Source: Cenococcum geophilum (Eukaryota). From it: a stretch of 64,000 nucleotides of DNA. The first letter of the stretch is position 1. Each line of letters opens with the position of its first letter. The position numbers and the translations under genes were made by a program. The DNA lies in assembly GCA_050273025.1 (NCBI GenBank), contig CP158636.1:5146001-5210000 (forward strand), in the 5' to 3' direction. The notes under the pieces are model-generated. The model saw only the letters and a program-made list of their open reading frames with translations. It had not been told where the DNA came from and ran no database searches. Below are positions 49,684-61,319 of the stretch, one piece after another.

Positions 49684-51264
49684 CTATACAAGCTTTAACT
49701 GAAAACCCGCACCACTCTCCTCCATATCCCTCCCCGCAAAAATACCACTGAAGTCCAACCCTTGCGCGTCAATTTTCGGAGCATCCCCTCTCTTCGGTGC
49801 ACTTGGGCTCGCCATTCTCCTCCTCCTCTCCTGTCCGGCTTTGCTGGGGAACGTTGGGAACATGGCTGTTGATTTAGGCCGGGGATCTTCTTTGAAATAG
49901 GAATGTGCGAGCATTTCTGTTGCGGTAGGACGTTGGGCCGGATTTAACGATAGGAGGGAAATCAAGAGTTGGGATCCAGCAGAGGTAAGGAAGGGGAATT
50001 TGGAGCGAATTATAGACCCTGCAGTTTGATGGGTACGGGGGAGACGGAGGGATCTGGCGTTGGGGAGACGTTTAAAGCCTGGCCAGGTTTCTTCTGTGGG
50101 AATGCCACAGAGTTCGAATATCTTGAGCCGATTTAGTTGTGATTTGTTTGTTGGCAATTATATAATTTACCTTGGATAACTCATCAACTTCATTCTTGCC
50201 TTGAAGTAAGGGCTCTTTGGTGAGAAGCTCACCGAAGATGCAACCTATGCTCCAGATATCGATAGGTTTGCCATAATTTTCCGTTCCTAGAAGTAATTCG
50301 GGTGCTCGGTACCATAGTGTGACGACTAGCTGGGTCATTTTTGGGGGGGGAGGGTCACCGAAATAGCGCGCCATTCCGAAGTCTGCTATTTTGATCTCAC
50401 CGCGATTATTCATTAAGATCTGTATGCGGTTAGGAGGTATTTTAAGAACAGCACTCGAAAACAAATCTGACATTGGAGGTTTTGAGATCTCTCTGTTCAC
50501 TTGTTAGATATGGTGCTTAAAAATTGTGGCGAAGGTACATGCATGAAGGATCCAGTGGTCATGAAGATACTCAACCGCAGAACCGAGCTGTAGAAGCAAC
50601 GTCTTGACCTCTGACGGTAAGAAAGGTTCGGTCATATCTTCCTGTAGAGTCTTTAGGTCATGCTCCAGAAACTCCATAACCAGAAACACACTACGACGAC
50701 TTAGCAGCTTGTCTTAAGCTCATAATATGGACAGACGTACTCGTCGAGAGCATTCCCAACAACAACCTCCCTAAGATCCACAATATGGCGGTGTTTTGAC
50801 TCCTTTAAAGTCTGGATTTCTCGCAATGCTGTCACCGGAAAGCCATCATTTAGGTTATCCATCTTTAGTTTCTTCAGGGCCACCACTTCGCCCGTTGCAA
50901 TTTCTCTAGCTCTTGAAACCCAACCATATGACCCTTCTTCTATGTGATTTAATCGCTCAAAGTTGTCAATAAATCTGCAAGGTCCCCATTCCCGCGCGGA
51001 AAAGCGCAGCAGCGCCGTTTGCTGAATTGTTATGGTTATCTCGTCTTTCCCCGCAGATAATCTTCTTCTCTTTGCCGGTCGGTCTGAGCTTTTGTCGGTC
51101 CCATTCTTTGTGGCTGTGGATTCGGCGCGCCGAAGGGCTTCTTCCTCGAGTTTTCGTCGCTTCTCGAGTTTTGCCCTCTTTTTCTCCTCCTTTTCCCGCT
51201 TGCGCTGTGCCTCAACCTCTGCATCTCCCTCCTCATTTGTCCACCTGGACTTCCCGCCGGCCAT
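49684..51264 (-). CDS. CDK11: CDK11/PITSLRE-type cyclin-dependent kinase (Ppk23-like), multi-exon
   Basis: [63 protein letters not shown], and C-terminal MFPTFPSKA. Confidence 0.92.
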
Positions 51265-52104
51265 GGTCGTGTTACGGCGTTGACCGAGGGTCACGAAAAG
51301 GTTTGTGTTCAGTACGAGTTCGGGCCAGCTCGTGCACGCAGACGGCTCGTGCACACTTTTTGTCAGGTGCCTTGGCACCTCTTCGGTTGCTACTAGTATG
51401 TATTTTGTCCTACGCAGCGTATCTGGCAATTGAGCTAGTTACTCGCTACCTTTTTGGGGTTGTTCTGTGGCCAAGTAGCACAGAGCTTGTCACCTTACAC
51501 TTTTCTACCTTATTAAAATTCAAATAACGTATAAGTTTATATAACTATTATATTTTTTAATATTAAAATATAAAAATAATTAAAAGGTTTTTATTAATAT
51601 ATTTATATATATAGTTAAATAGTATTATGTTCCTGCGTACCGGCGACTCCAAGTAGCACATAAGTCCTATCTACCCCCATAGTTCGCTCTCTATTCGAAT
51701 ACAATCTCAGTCAACTGGTATCAGCATCTTTGCGCAGCCCATCACAGGGAGAGGTTTAGGGGCGAAAGAAGTTAAGTGGGAAGAACTTTGAATCGCAGAT
51801 GAAAATAAAGTGTACGGAACGCTGAGTAAAGATACGATAAACCTTTGGTATCTAGAAAATTGCACCCTTAGAAGAAGCTTTGGAGCAAGAAACAAGCCTC
51901 TGGGCAAATTTATGTTGTTATTATGTCGCCAGTCGACGCAGAGGAACAAAGGTTAGGCGCTTTCCTTAGAGCCACAGTTGAAAATCGTGAAAGTTAAAGA
52001 CGCCTGAGCCTACTTCATACTGCTCACCATTGCATTTCTGGTCTAAGCTATCCATCTAACTGTTTATAACATTGGTAGTCGCAGCTCAAACCGTCCATTC
52101 TCAC

Positions 52105-53106
52105 TCATTCTGAATATGGTGGTGAATCAGTTCCCCTTATCAAGGGAATACGGTAAGTAAGAAGCTTTGGGATGGCATTAACGACTACGGGGTTGAAGGG
52201 TCCGATTTTGCCTTCCTCTAGCTGAAAGGCATTCAGAAGAGTCCCTAGAATGACGGCGATCTGGACTGCTTCCGGGTCGGCATGGCTGCGGACATCCTTA
52301 GGGATCCCATCCCAAACCTCCTGCCAGAATCCCCTCTCCGCGTCTTCAAACTCGGGCGGCATGTAGAACTTCTTCTCGGAAAACTCGCCAGCAAGCGTGT
52401 GGATGCGGCCAAAACCCATGCCAAAGGGAAGAGGGGTCGATAATTCCCAGTCAATAATGCCAGACACCTCGCAGTTATCGTCGACCATAATGTTGACACC
52501 GTTTAGGTCAAAGTGAGCGACAAAAAGTGGCAGATTCTTGAGCTGGTCTAATTTACCGAGCAAATCACTCGCTACGGCGTGGAATGGACGGATCTGAGGG
52601 TCCTCGGAGGCTAGGAGTAACTTAAGATGCGGGCGAAGGTTGCGGTCAACCACTAACGCACTGCTATCGCCGACATGGCCTTTTGACAAAATGCGGCCCA
52701 AAGATCGGACGGTGGTGACCCTGGTTTGCGAGACTCTCCCTCTTGCGCCATCGAGCCATGTCTTCCCAGGAATACACTCCATCCAGTAAACCCATATGCC
52801 CTCGCGTTCCATATCTTCGTCCTCAATTACTTTGACGTCAGGGACTATTGCGCCAAGCGCTCTCCGGGCAACCTGGAAGGACTCCAGGTCAAGGGGTTCG
52901 GGTCGGAACTGGATGACGACGTCTTCGCCATTCTGCAGCGTTACGATCATCGTCCTACTGAAAAAGCCTTGGGGTCGAGGTCCTCGAGCCTTCTTGGCGG
53001 GGATACCGGAGTGCAAGTGGGCCAGTTGCCGCGCCTTTGTAGCCTGCTTCGATGGCGTGTTCAAACACTTCGGCAGGTCGGCATCGGAGGTAATCTCGAT
53101 GGTCAT
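52105..53106 (-). CDS. Aminoglycoside/choline phosphotransferase (APH)-family kinase-like protein, intronless
   Basis: 333-aa ORF with Brenner motif HFDLNGVNIMV and GIIDWE. Confidence 0.85.
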   Translation of the reverse strand: MTIEITSDADLPKCLNTPSKQATKARQLAHLHSGIPAKKARGPRPQGFFSRTMIVTLQNGEDVVIQFRPEPLDLESFQVARRALGAIVPDVKVIEDEDMEREGIWVYWMECIPGKTWLDGARGRVSQTRVTTVRSLGRILSKGHVGDSSALVVDRNLRPHLKLLLASEDPQIRPFHAVASDLLGKLDQLKNLPLFVAHFDLNGVNIMVDDNCEVSGIIDWELSTPLPFGMGFGRIHTLAGEFSEKKFYMPPEFEDAERGFWQEVWDGIPKDVRSHADPEAVQIAVILGTLLNAFQLEEGKIGPFNPVVVNAIPKLLTYRIPLIRGTDSPPYSE

Positions 53107-53374
53107 AGTGTGTTCTTCGACGTGGGACTCAATCTAAATAGTAAGACAGCTTATGGGTAAAGAAAGTGGAAGAGTGCGGTCGTGATAAAGGCAGCGGATT
53201 CGATTGTGGCGAGATTTGTTAAAAACGTAAAAACTCTTTATAATAATATAAGATATAATAATATTGTTATATCGAGAGTCTTTTTAGTCTATAAGTTACC
53301 TTTTTAGAATATGCGACGCGTATCATTTAGGGTGTATAATTATCGTGTAATATTATATCTTTATTTATAACTTA

Positions 53375-53476
53375 ACGTGGTTAACGGGGTTTTGACCACC
53401 AAATTAGCATTTCGGCTAGTTTTGATTTTCCAATCGGTCATAACTAGGGGAGCGGTCAAAACCCCGTTAACCACGT
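53375..53476. mobile_element. 102-bp MITE of Fot1/pogo (Tc1-mariner) type
   Basis: Perfect 23-bp TIRs ACGTGGTTAACGGGGTTTTGACC / GGTCAAAACCCCGTTAACCACGT flanked by TA on both sides. Confidence 0.85.
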
Positions 53477-53599
53477 TACATTTAATAAATTAAGAAAAGC
53501 GTGCACAAGGTTATGTCATGGAAGTCAGAGCTTCTACACCAACCGTCCCTCACAACTTTTTCCTTCGACGATGGAACTTCCGCGCTCTGATGCCTCGTT

Positions 53600-55300
53600 A
53601 TGAGAGCCGATTCTCGCAAGATAGCTGGCGCTATATCTCAGCTCTCGCATCGACCTTCTGTTGTGCGCCCGTCTGCCTGTGGTATAAGATGGTCGGCTTC
53701 TCACGCCCGGCAATGGTCAACACCATTGGCTAAAAGCCTGGCTGAGGCTGTAGCTGTGTGTACTTCTTGATTAACCTACCTGCCACAGTTACTAACCACA
53801 ATTCAAGACAACAGGCCCTATTCCCGTCGCTGCGTACATGCGTCAATGCCTCACTTCTGCAAGCGGAGGATATTACACAAGACGTCCAGACGGTCATGAT
53901 CAATTTGGCCAAAAAGGAGACTTCATCACATCCCCCGAAATTTCCCAGGTATTCGGAGAGCTAATAGGAGTATGGGTTGTTGCAGAATGGATGTCTCAAG
54001 GTAAAAGGAGCTCCGGAGTTCATCTAATGGAGGTAGGGCCAGGGAGAGGAACACTGATGGATGATGTGTTACGAGTACGCCCCTATATCCAAAGTTCATT
54101 ATGCATGCAATACTGATGCGTAAGGGTAGACTGTCCGAAATTTCAAAGATATGGCTGCAAGTATCGAGGCTATTTATATGATTGAAGCCAGCCCTTCCCT
54201 CCGAGACGCGCAAAAAAAGCTACTCTGTGGAGACACGCCAATGGAAGAGATCGATATTGGTTTCCGCAGCTCCTGTAAATACCTAAAACAGCTCAAGATA
54301 ATATGGTGTGAGGATATTAGACTTGTGCCTAAAGGTAAATTCGCGCCATTTATGCGTCAATCCCATCCTAATTTTTCTAGATAGCAGCAAGTCCCCTTTC
54401 ATAATTGCTCATGAATTTTTCGATGCCCTCCCTATTCACATATTCCAGAATGTCCCACGGAAATCTACAGAAGCCTCAATCGCTACATCTACAACCGTCA
54501 CTCCCCGGTCTAGAGTACTCAATCCGTGCCAATGGCGCGAACTCGTTATTTCTCCGACACCACCTTCCTCTATAGACTCCATTCTCCCCATTCAGACTTC
54601 TTTGCATGCCGCAAACCGGTCTCCGGAATTCCAACTCACAGTCTCGAGTACAGAAACGCCGCATAGCATGTATCTCCCCAAAATTTCCGCTCGCTACAAG
54701 GCCCTCGCTTCTACCCCGGGATCCATCATTGAGATCTCCCCTGAATCCCTCTCATACGCTTCTGAATTTGCCATACGAATTGGCGGAGCACCCGCCTCTG
54801 CTTCTGCTTCCAGCATCCCGTTATCGACTAAGCCTACCCCATCTGGTGCAGCCCTCATCCTAGACTATGGCCCAAGCGCCACGATTCCCACCAACTCCCT
54901 CCGAGGTATCCAGGCTCACCGCATCGTCTCACCTTTCAGTTCGCCCGGTCAGGTCGATCTATCCGCAGACGTAGATTTTATGGCGTTGGCCGAAGCAGCT
55001 ATAAATGCCTCACCGGCCGTTGAGGTCCACGGGCCTGTAGAGCAAGGAGTCTGGCTTAGCGCTATGGGAATCAAAGAGCGAGCTGAGATGCTATTGGAGA
55101 AGGCGAAGCTAGATATAGACGCTCAAGTGAATGGGGAAAGAGAGCAAAGGCTGAAACGTATAGAGAGTGGCTGGAAGAGACTAGTTGATCGGGGTCCGAC
55201 GGGAATGGGAAGAATTTATAAGGCTATGGCTATCGTACCATGTTATGATAGTAAGAGAGGGAGGAGACCGGTTGGGTTTGGGGGAGACGTAACAATATGA
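53600..55300 (+). CDS. NDUFAF7: Mitochondrial protein arginine methyltransferase NDUFAF7/MidA (DUF185), multi-exon
   Basis: RQWSTPLAKSLAEA / TTGPIPVAAYMRQCLT..GGYY, GDFITSPEISQVFGELIG, EVGPGRGTLM, IAHEFFDALP, ILDYG, DLSADVDF. Confidence 0.93.
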
Positions 55301-56215
55301 AGCTATATTTGTAGAGTTATTAGAGCAAGTATATACCAACACAGAAGTCTCTTGAGGTCCTACCCCCGATTCAAATGACAAAATGCTTCAATTACACGAC
55401 ATGGCATGAGGCTTGGTGCGTTAAAGTTATGGTGGTGGCACCACAATCAAATGCCCAATACTTCTACCACCAATAGTATTATTACTTAGAACTCCTAAGG
55501 CGGTAAGCGAGAATCTGGTGAATCCGTTCAGTAGTGCTTTAGTAGTACGGCAGTAGGAGCTATATAAGTCTAGAAAAGATAATAATTTAATTAAGAAGTG
55601 CGTTCTACTCCCCTAGTGTATATGATAAGATTTATTTAGTTGATGTGGTTGATGCATACAAATCCAAGCTATCTTGGTAATATGGCACGTGATTGATCGC
55701 TATATGGTATTTGGCAAAAACATTTACCGGTCATTACCAAATGCTCAAGGCATATTCTAGGTCTTGACTACAAATTAAAAATGCTCGTCTATTCTGACTT
55801 TCAGGTGAAGCTATGACAGCTTTGAAATTTGATATGATTATAAAGCCGGGCCATAGATCTAGTAGGACGAATAATGCTCGTCACTAAAGACTGACGAGGA
55901 TAGGATTGTGAACGGTGGCGATGTCTTTGCTACGAAAATACCTAAAAATCTTCTCATTGGGTTATTCAGTCCGAACATCATATCAAGTCTAGGGCTCGAA
56001 AATGTGGAGACCATGCCTTAGTCCATCATCAAAGAGAAGACAAGGACATTCAGAATATTTCGAGGAACAACTGTTCCGTACGCCATTCCCATCCATCCCG
56101 TGCTGTGAACTCAAACGCCCACTTCCCCATTACTCTGCCATGTCGTGCACGTACATATAACTGCCAAGAGAACGCCATGTCTATACACTGAGAATACCCG
56201 CATTTATATCCAAGA

Positions 56216-58567
56216 TTAAGAGTTGATCGCTTGCTTCAGTGCTGCAGCTAGCCGCTGGTAGTCTCTTAACAATTCATCAACCTCGCCAACTCGAATATCC
56301 TTTGCGTCCTTCAATTCCAAGAAACGTTTGACCGGTGGAGTTGTCTTCCGAAGCGTATCAAGTGCTGCGATGGCTCTTGTCTCTTTCGCAAGATTTGCGG
56401 ATGAAGTAGTAGCTTCAGTGTCAGAACCTAGGGCTTTGGTTTTGTCTGTGACTGTAGGAATAGTGGAGGGAGTGTTGGTTGAAGAAGTGCGGCCAAATCG
56501 TGGAATCATGCCAATGTTCGCAAAACGGTTGAGAGGGTTCAGCGTATTACCTAGATTTCGCATGGATTCCACTGCAGCGTTGCCTGCCGGGACAGGCGGC
56601 GCAGTTGATGGGGTAGGCTCGCTTTTCATCGCACTGGGTCCTTTACCCTCGGTGAAGGCGACACGCTTTCCGCTGTTACTTTCGCCACTCTTCGTGCTGT
56701 CGACGCTCCGGTCACGGATAGGGCTCCGGCCACCGACAAGATCCGTCATCTTAGAGTTATGACCTTGCCTAGAACTTGACTCGTCTAGAAGTTCGTCGGT
56801 TTGCTCGGCGATAGAGCTAGCGACGCTCACGCTGCCGTTTTCATCATCGGCGGGCGGCGGTGTACCGACAAGTTTGCGAGCGTCTTCAAGCGTCTTGGGC
56901 AAGACGGGTTCTGGATGACCGTCGCCACCAGGATGCTGTTCTTTCAGTCGTCCAAAAAGAAAACGAAAACTGTGCTCTAGTGTGCTGTTGATGCTATCAA
57001 GGGCCTGATCAGCGCTATCTAGAATGCTTTCACGAACCGCATCGCTAGCTGCTTCAATTCGGTTCGTCTGAGATTGAATTAAATTGCTAAGACGGCGCTG
57101 GGAACGTGTTGTTGGTGATGCTGGTGGCTTGGGATTTCCTCCTGGACTCGCATCTTTAGATGTAGTGGAAATAGGAGGGATAATGGGCGCTATCGAGTTG
57201 GGAGTTGGAGAGAGGCCTAATTTATTGGGTGTTATATCACTCTTCGGCGTTGCGGGTCGACTGGTGGATTTTTCTGGCCCCCTTGGGAATTCATCTGCTC
57301 TGAGGGAGGAAAGATCGACAGTTTCTAGGAAGGATATAGCTGCCTCAAGATTGACTAGGCAGTAAGCGGCCTCCCCGTCCACCCTGCTAGAGCCACGAAA
57401 TCTTTGGATAAAATTTAGGTTGCTGATAACATTTATAGTCTCAGGAGGTGAAGTTATAAGGGTGTAGATAAGAGTGGGTAGTATCTCATCGGCAGATGAG
57501 GAAGCGGGGAAGATCTTAGAAAGTGTTTCGACGACACTCTTGTGAGTAGCCGTGAGGTGTTGAAGTTTACCAAGTGGGTACTTTTCGTGGTCCATTTTTT
57601 CAAGATTGCTTCTAGCTTCAGATAACCACTCGCGAATCTCACCCTCTTTGTCTACCGTTGTTTGGCGGATGCTCTCGGAAATCTCATCGGTACTGACAAG
57701 AAGTTCTTTAAGCCCAATACCGACTAGAGACAAAGCGGCTGTTCGAGATCGTAATTTCTGGTCTCGCTCTTCATCATCCGTACTTCGGTGCCTCCAGATC
57801 CTCTCGTATACTTTTTCGCATACGGCTCGTTCTACAGCCTCTTCTAGAGCAATACGCTTCAGCTCCAGTAACCGACGTGCCTTTTTCCGATCAAATATCT
57901 CAGAGGCGGTGAGCATCTGCTGCTCACTTCCTAAGATGTCGCTACCTTTACGGGAAGTAGAGGATCCAGGTTTACTTATAGGTTTTGATGTTGTGGTACC
58001 TTTAGACGATGGCGGAGGCGTGGCATTCTCTCGGGATATTCGGGAAGATAATGTCGCAATGTGGGTTGAAATATGCGAGGCCGCACGGGTGTAGAAGTCT
58101 TGGAAGAGTTCGGAGAGTGCATCAATAGATAAAGGAGTGGGGTGAACTTTGGCTGACAAAGATTCAAGGAACCTGGATGATAGTTAGATAATAACGAGGA
58201 AATCAAGCGGGACTTTGCAAGCTCACCTTTCTGTGAGACTCCTTATTTCAATTGGGAGCTCCTCAAAGGTGTCTGGTAGTTTGATACTAGGTGCATCGGC
58301 CTCATCGAGGGCTCCATCAACGGACTCCTCATCATCCTCGGTGGTGAATATATCTCCTTTCTGCTCTTTCTCATCGCTTTCTAGCGATGAGGAGGCATTT
58401 TGGGGATAGAGTATTTCTGGGATAGAAGGGCCCTGTATTGTGCTTGCTCGACTTCGAGAGAGGGGACTCTGGCTGGCCGGTTCCAGACGGCTGAATGATT
58501 TCGAGGCATGGAGGGCTTTGGGTCGCCGAGCATCATCCCCTTTCCTAGGTGTACGACTGCTTTGCAT
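56216..58567 (-). CDS. VPS9-domain Rab5 GEF family protein (2 exons)
   Basis: SSADEILPTLIYTLI, SNLNFIQRFR, GEAAYCLVNLEAAISFLE. Exon 1 MQSSRTP...ELPIEIRSLTER is joined to the large exon by an intron at ~58173-58226. Confidence 0.9.
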
Positions 58568-58846
58568 TGTGGATGAATTTCTTGGTCATGATATTGTCGT
58601 GACTGTGGACATAATTTCGATATGGAGCGCGCCTAGTAATACGGCCACTCTGGATGGATGCAGCCCTGGAGCAATTCAGCCTTGTTGGGTCTGTGCTTCC
58701 TGTGAACGTCACAGGTCCCTGAGCTGCGAAGTCACACTTGGCGTCTTTTGAATGCATGACCACTCCACCTCAATTCACACCAACGCATCAACTTATCCTA
58801 CGACTCATGTCCCCCTCCTTGCTATGACTTCTGTTCATTCCAAATC

Positions 58847-60965
58847 ATGGTCGCTAACATGCCTCCTCGACCTTTCTGCAACTCCGCTGGCAAGGTGACT
58901 GCTACTCTTTTGTTTTCCTTCCTAGTGGTCTCCTCAACCATTCCACCCACAACCGCGGCCGTAGATGTCCAATATGCGCCTGAGCTTCCCATTCTCCCCC
59001 CTAGCCCACCCCCCGGGAGCAGTGATATTCCAACAGCTGGGGACAAGACGAAAGAGCTCGATTTTGTGAGTACGCCGGCACCTCGCATCCTCAACTGACG
59101 CCTGACGATCGGATGTCTGGTAGAAACTGAGACAAATTTTCCACCACGGGACCTATCGGCATCCGCATCTACATAGAAAGCTTGACGTACCTTCTGAAGC
59201 CCCATTATGGATGACGGAAGAGGATTCTCAGGATCGGGAACCGGTTCCACTCCTCCGCGTTCGATCGGAACCTCTAAGCATCGAACGACTGGTAGACCGC
59301 AGCGCATCGAATATCAATTCCATCCTAGATTTTGGACGTATGACCGGCAGGGCAATGTCTCTACCTGCATCTGATTGGACTATCGATGAGATTTCGGGTC
59401 CGAATGTTTCCGATAAAGAGACTGTATTAAGCTTTGCGCGTATGGCAGCAAACGCGTATGTTCTCGAGCCCAATACTGGAGAATGGGAAGACGTATGATC
59501 GTTTGTGATTGTATGCTGTTTACTCGCGCTAATTAGATATACAGGTTGGTAGTGGGTTTAACTACACCGAAGACTTTGGCTGGGAGAGTGATGGTTTACG
59601 TGGACACATATTTGCGGACACAACTAATTCCACAATCGTTATTGGGCTTAAAGGGACTTGTGAGAAGGTCTTCTATCCTCCGTCAAGAATCAAATAGACT
59701 AAAATGAGCTAGCTCCAGCTGTGTTCGACGGTTCTGAGACCACGACGAACGATAAAATCAATGACAACTTGTTTTTCAGTTGTTGCTGTGGTCAGGGTGG
59801 GCAATATTTATGGAAGCAAGTTTGCGAGTGTCAAACAAGCGCATATACTTGCAACTCGACCTGTCTAGTTCAAGCATTGAGGGACAAAAACCGATATTAT
59901 TACGCCGCTCAGGATCTATACCATAACGTCACGGCATTATACCCAGATGCGGATGTCTGGGTAGCAGGCCATTCACTTGGCGGTGCAGTCAGCAGCTTCC
60001 TAGGCCTGACATACGGCCTTCCTGTTGTTACCTTCGAAGCTGTTCCAGAGGCCATGCCGGCTGCTCGGCTTGGACTCCCAGTGCCCCCAGGACACCAAAT
60101 CGGCGCTCTCCAGCAAAGAAAAATGACCGGCGGCTTTCACTTCGGACACACTGCAGACCCAGTTTTTATGGGTGAATGTAACAAAGCCAGTTCCTCCTGC
60201 ACTTTTGGTGGATATGCCATGCAAAGTGTCTGTCACACTGGTTTTAAGTGTGTCTATAATACCGTTGACGACTTCGGCTGGCGCGTAGGGATTGGAACTC
60301 ATAAGATCCATAATGTTATCAAAGACGTCATCGAAAAATATGATCAACCGGCTCAATGTGAGCAGTATATCAACTGCACTGACTGCTATCCTTGGGAATT
60401 TTTCGAAAGCAATGGCACGGATTCGTCGACAACTACAACCATCATGACTTCGACTTCGACTTCGACTTCAACACGCACACGGACAGAGACCTGCAAGACT
60501 CCAGGATGGTGGGGTTGTTTAGATGAGACCACAACAAGTGGATCTACGATGACGACGACGACATCCTCTACTTCTACATCAACGTGCAAAACAGTATGGC
60601 ACATTCGATTTCTTTTCGCGTAAAACATGCTAACGAGTTAAAAGCCCGGCTGGTTCGGCTGCAAGGACCCAACCACCACCACGACGTTAACTTCAATATC
60701 TACAGGTGGGAAAGCTGCGCCTGCTCCGACAATATCTACACCATCTTCGACTTTAACTTCAACTTGTGCTCAGCCCGGTTGGTTTGGAAGATGCAAAGAC
60801 CCAGCATCAACGTCTTTAGGGACGTCCTCGTCGACACACCGGTCTTCCACCGCGAGCTCAACAACTTGCACGTCAAAGGAGTGGTTCGGACTTATCTGCG
60901 TCGATCCCTCACCAGATATAAAGTCTTCACTCTTACCAACTCCACGCATGAAGATGGAGATGTGA
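58847..60965 (+). CDS. ATG15: Autophagy lipase Atg15, multi-exon
   Basis: [64 protein letters not shown], lipase motif GHSLGG, FGHTADP, Ser/Thr tail. Last exon ends at TGA 60963-60965. Confidence 0.95.
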
Positions 60966-61319
60966 CCTTGAACAAGCATAGAAAGGGGCGGGCACAGCAA
61001 TGTGCTAGTAACGAAGCATATCTTTAACGGCGAATTTGTATGTCATGGTAACAGGCGTTTTGGTTTGCTCAAAGGAGTTTATACGCAATATCATGGGACT
61101 GAGGATGACTTGGAAGCACGATGGGAGACCTGGGGTTTACTAAACGTTGTGAATATGAGTAACAGCCCTATTTTAACCGGAAGTGTCGTATATAAATAGC
61201 TGATGTGTGAGGTTGCATTTAAGGACGATCTATTAGGCTAGGATTATTTAGTGATGTGCAAATCCTCGCATGCAGATTCTTTCTCCTCTTACGGTGTCTA
61301 GTCATTCTTCAGTACAAAA

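Noticed and set aside
55490..55620. Possible Helitron 3' end (CTAG-T) in the NDUFAF7-VPS9 intergenic region
   Set aside because: No convincing subterminal hairpin and no second copy in the window.
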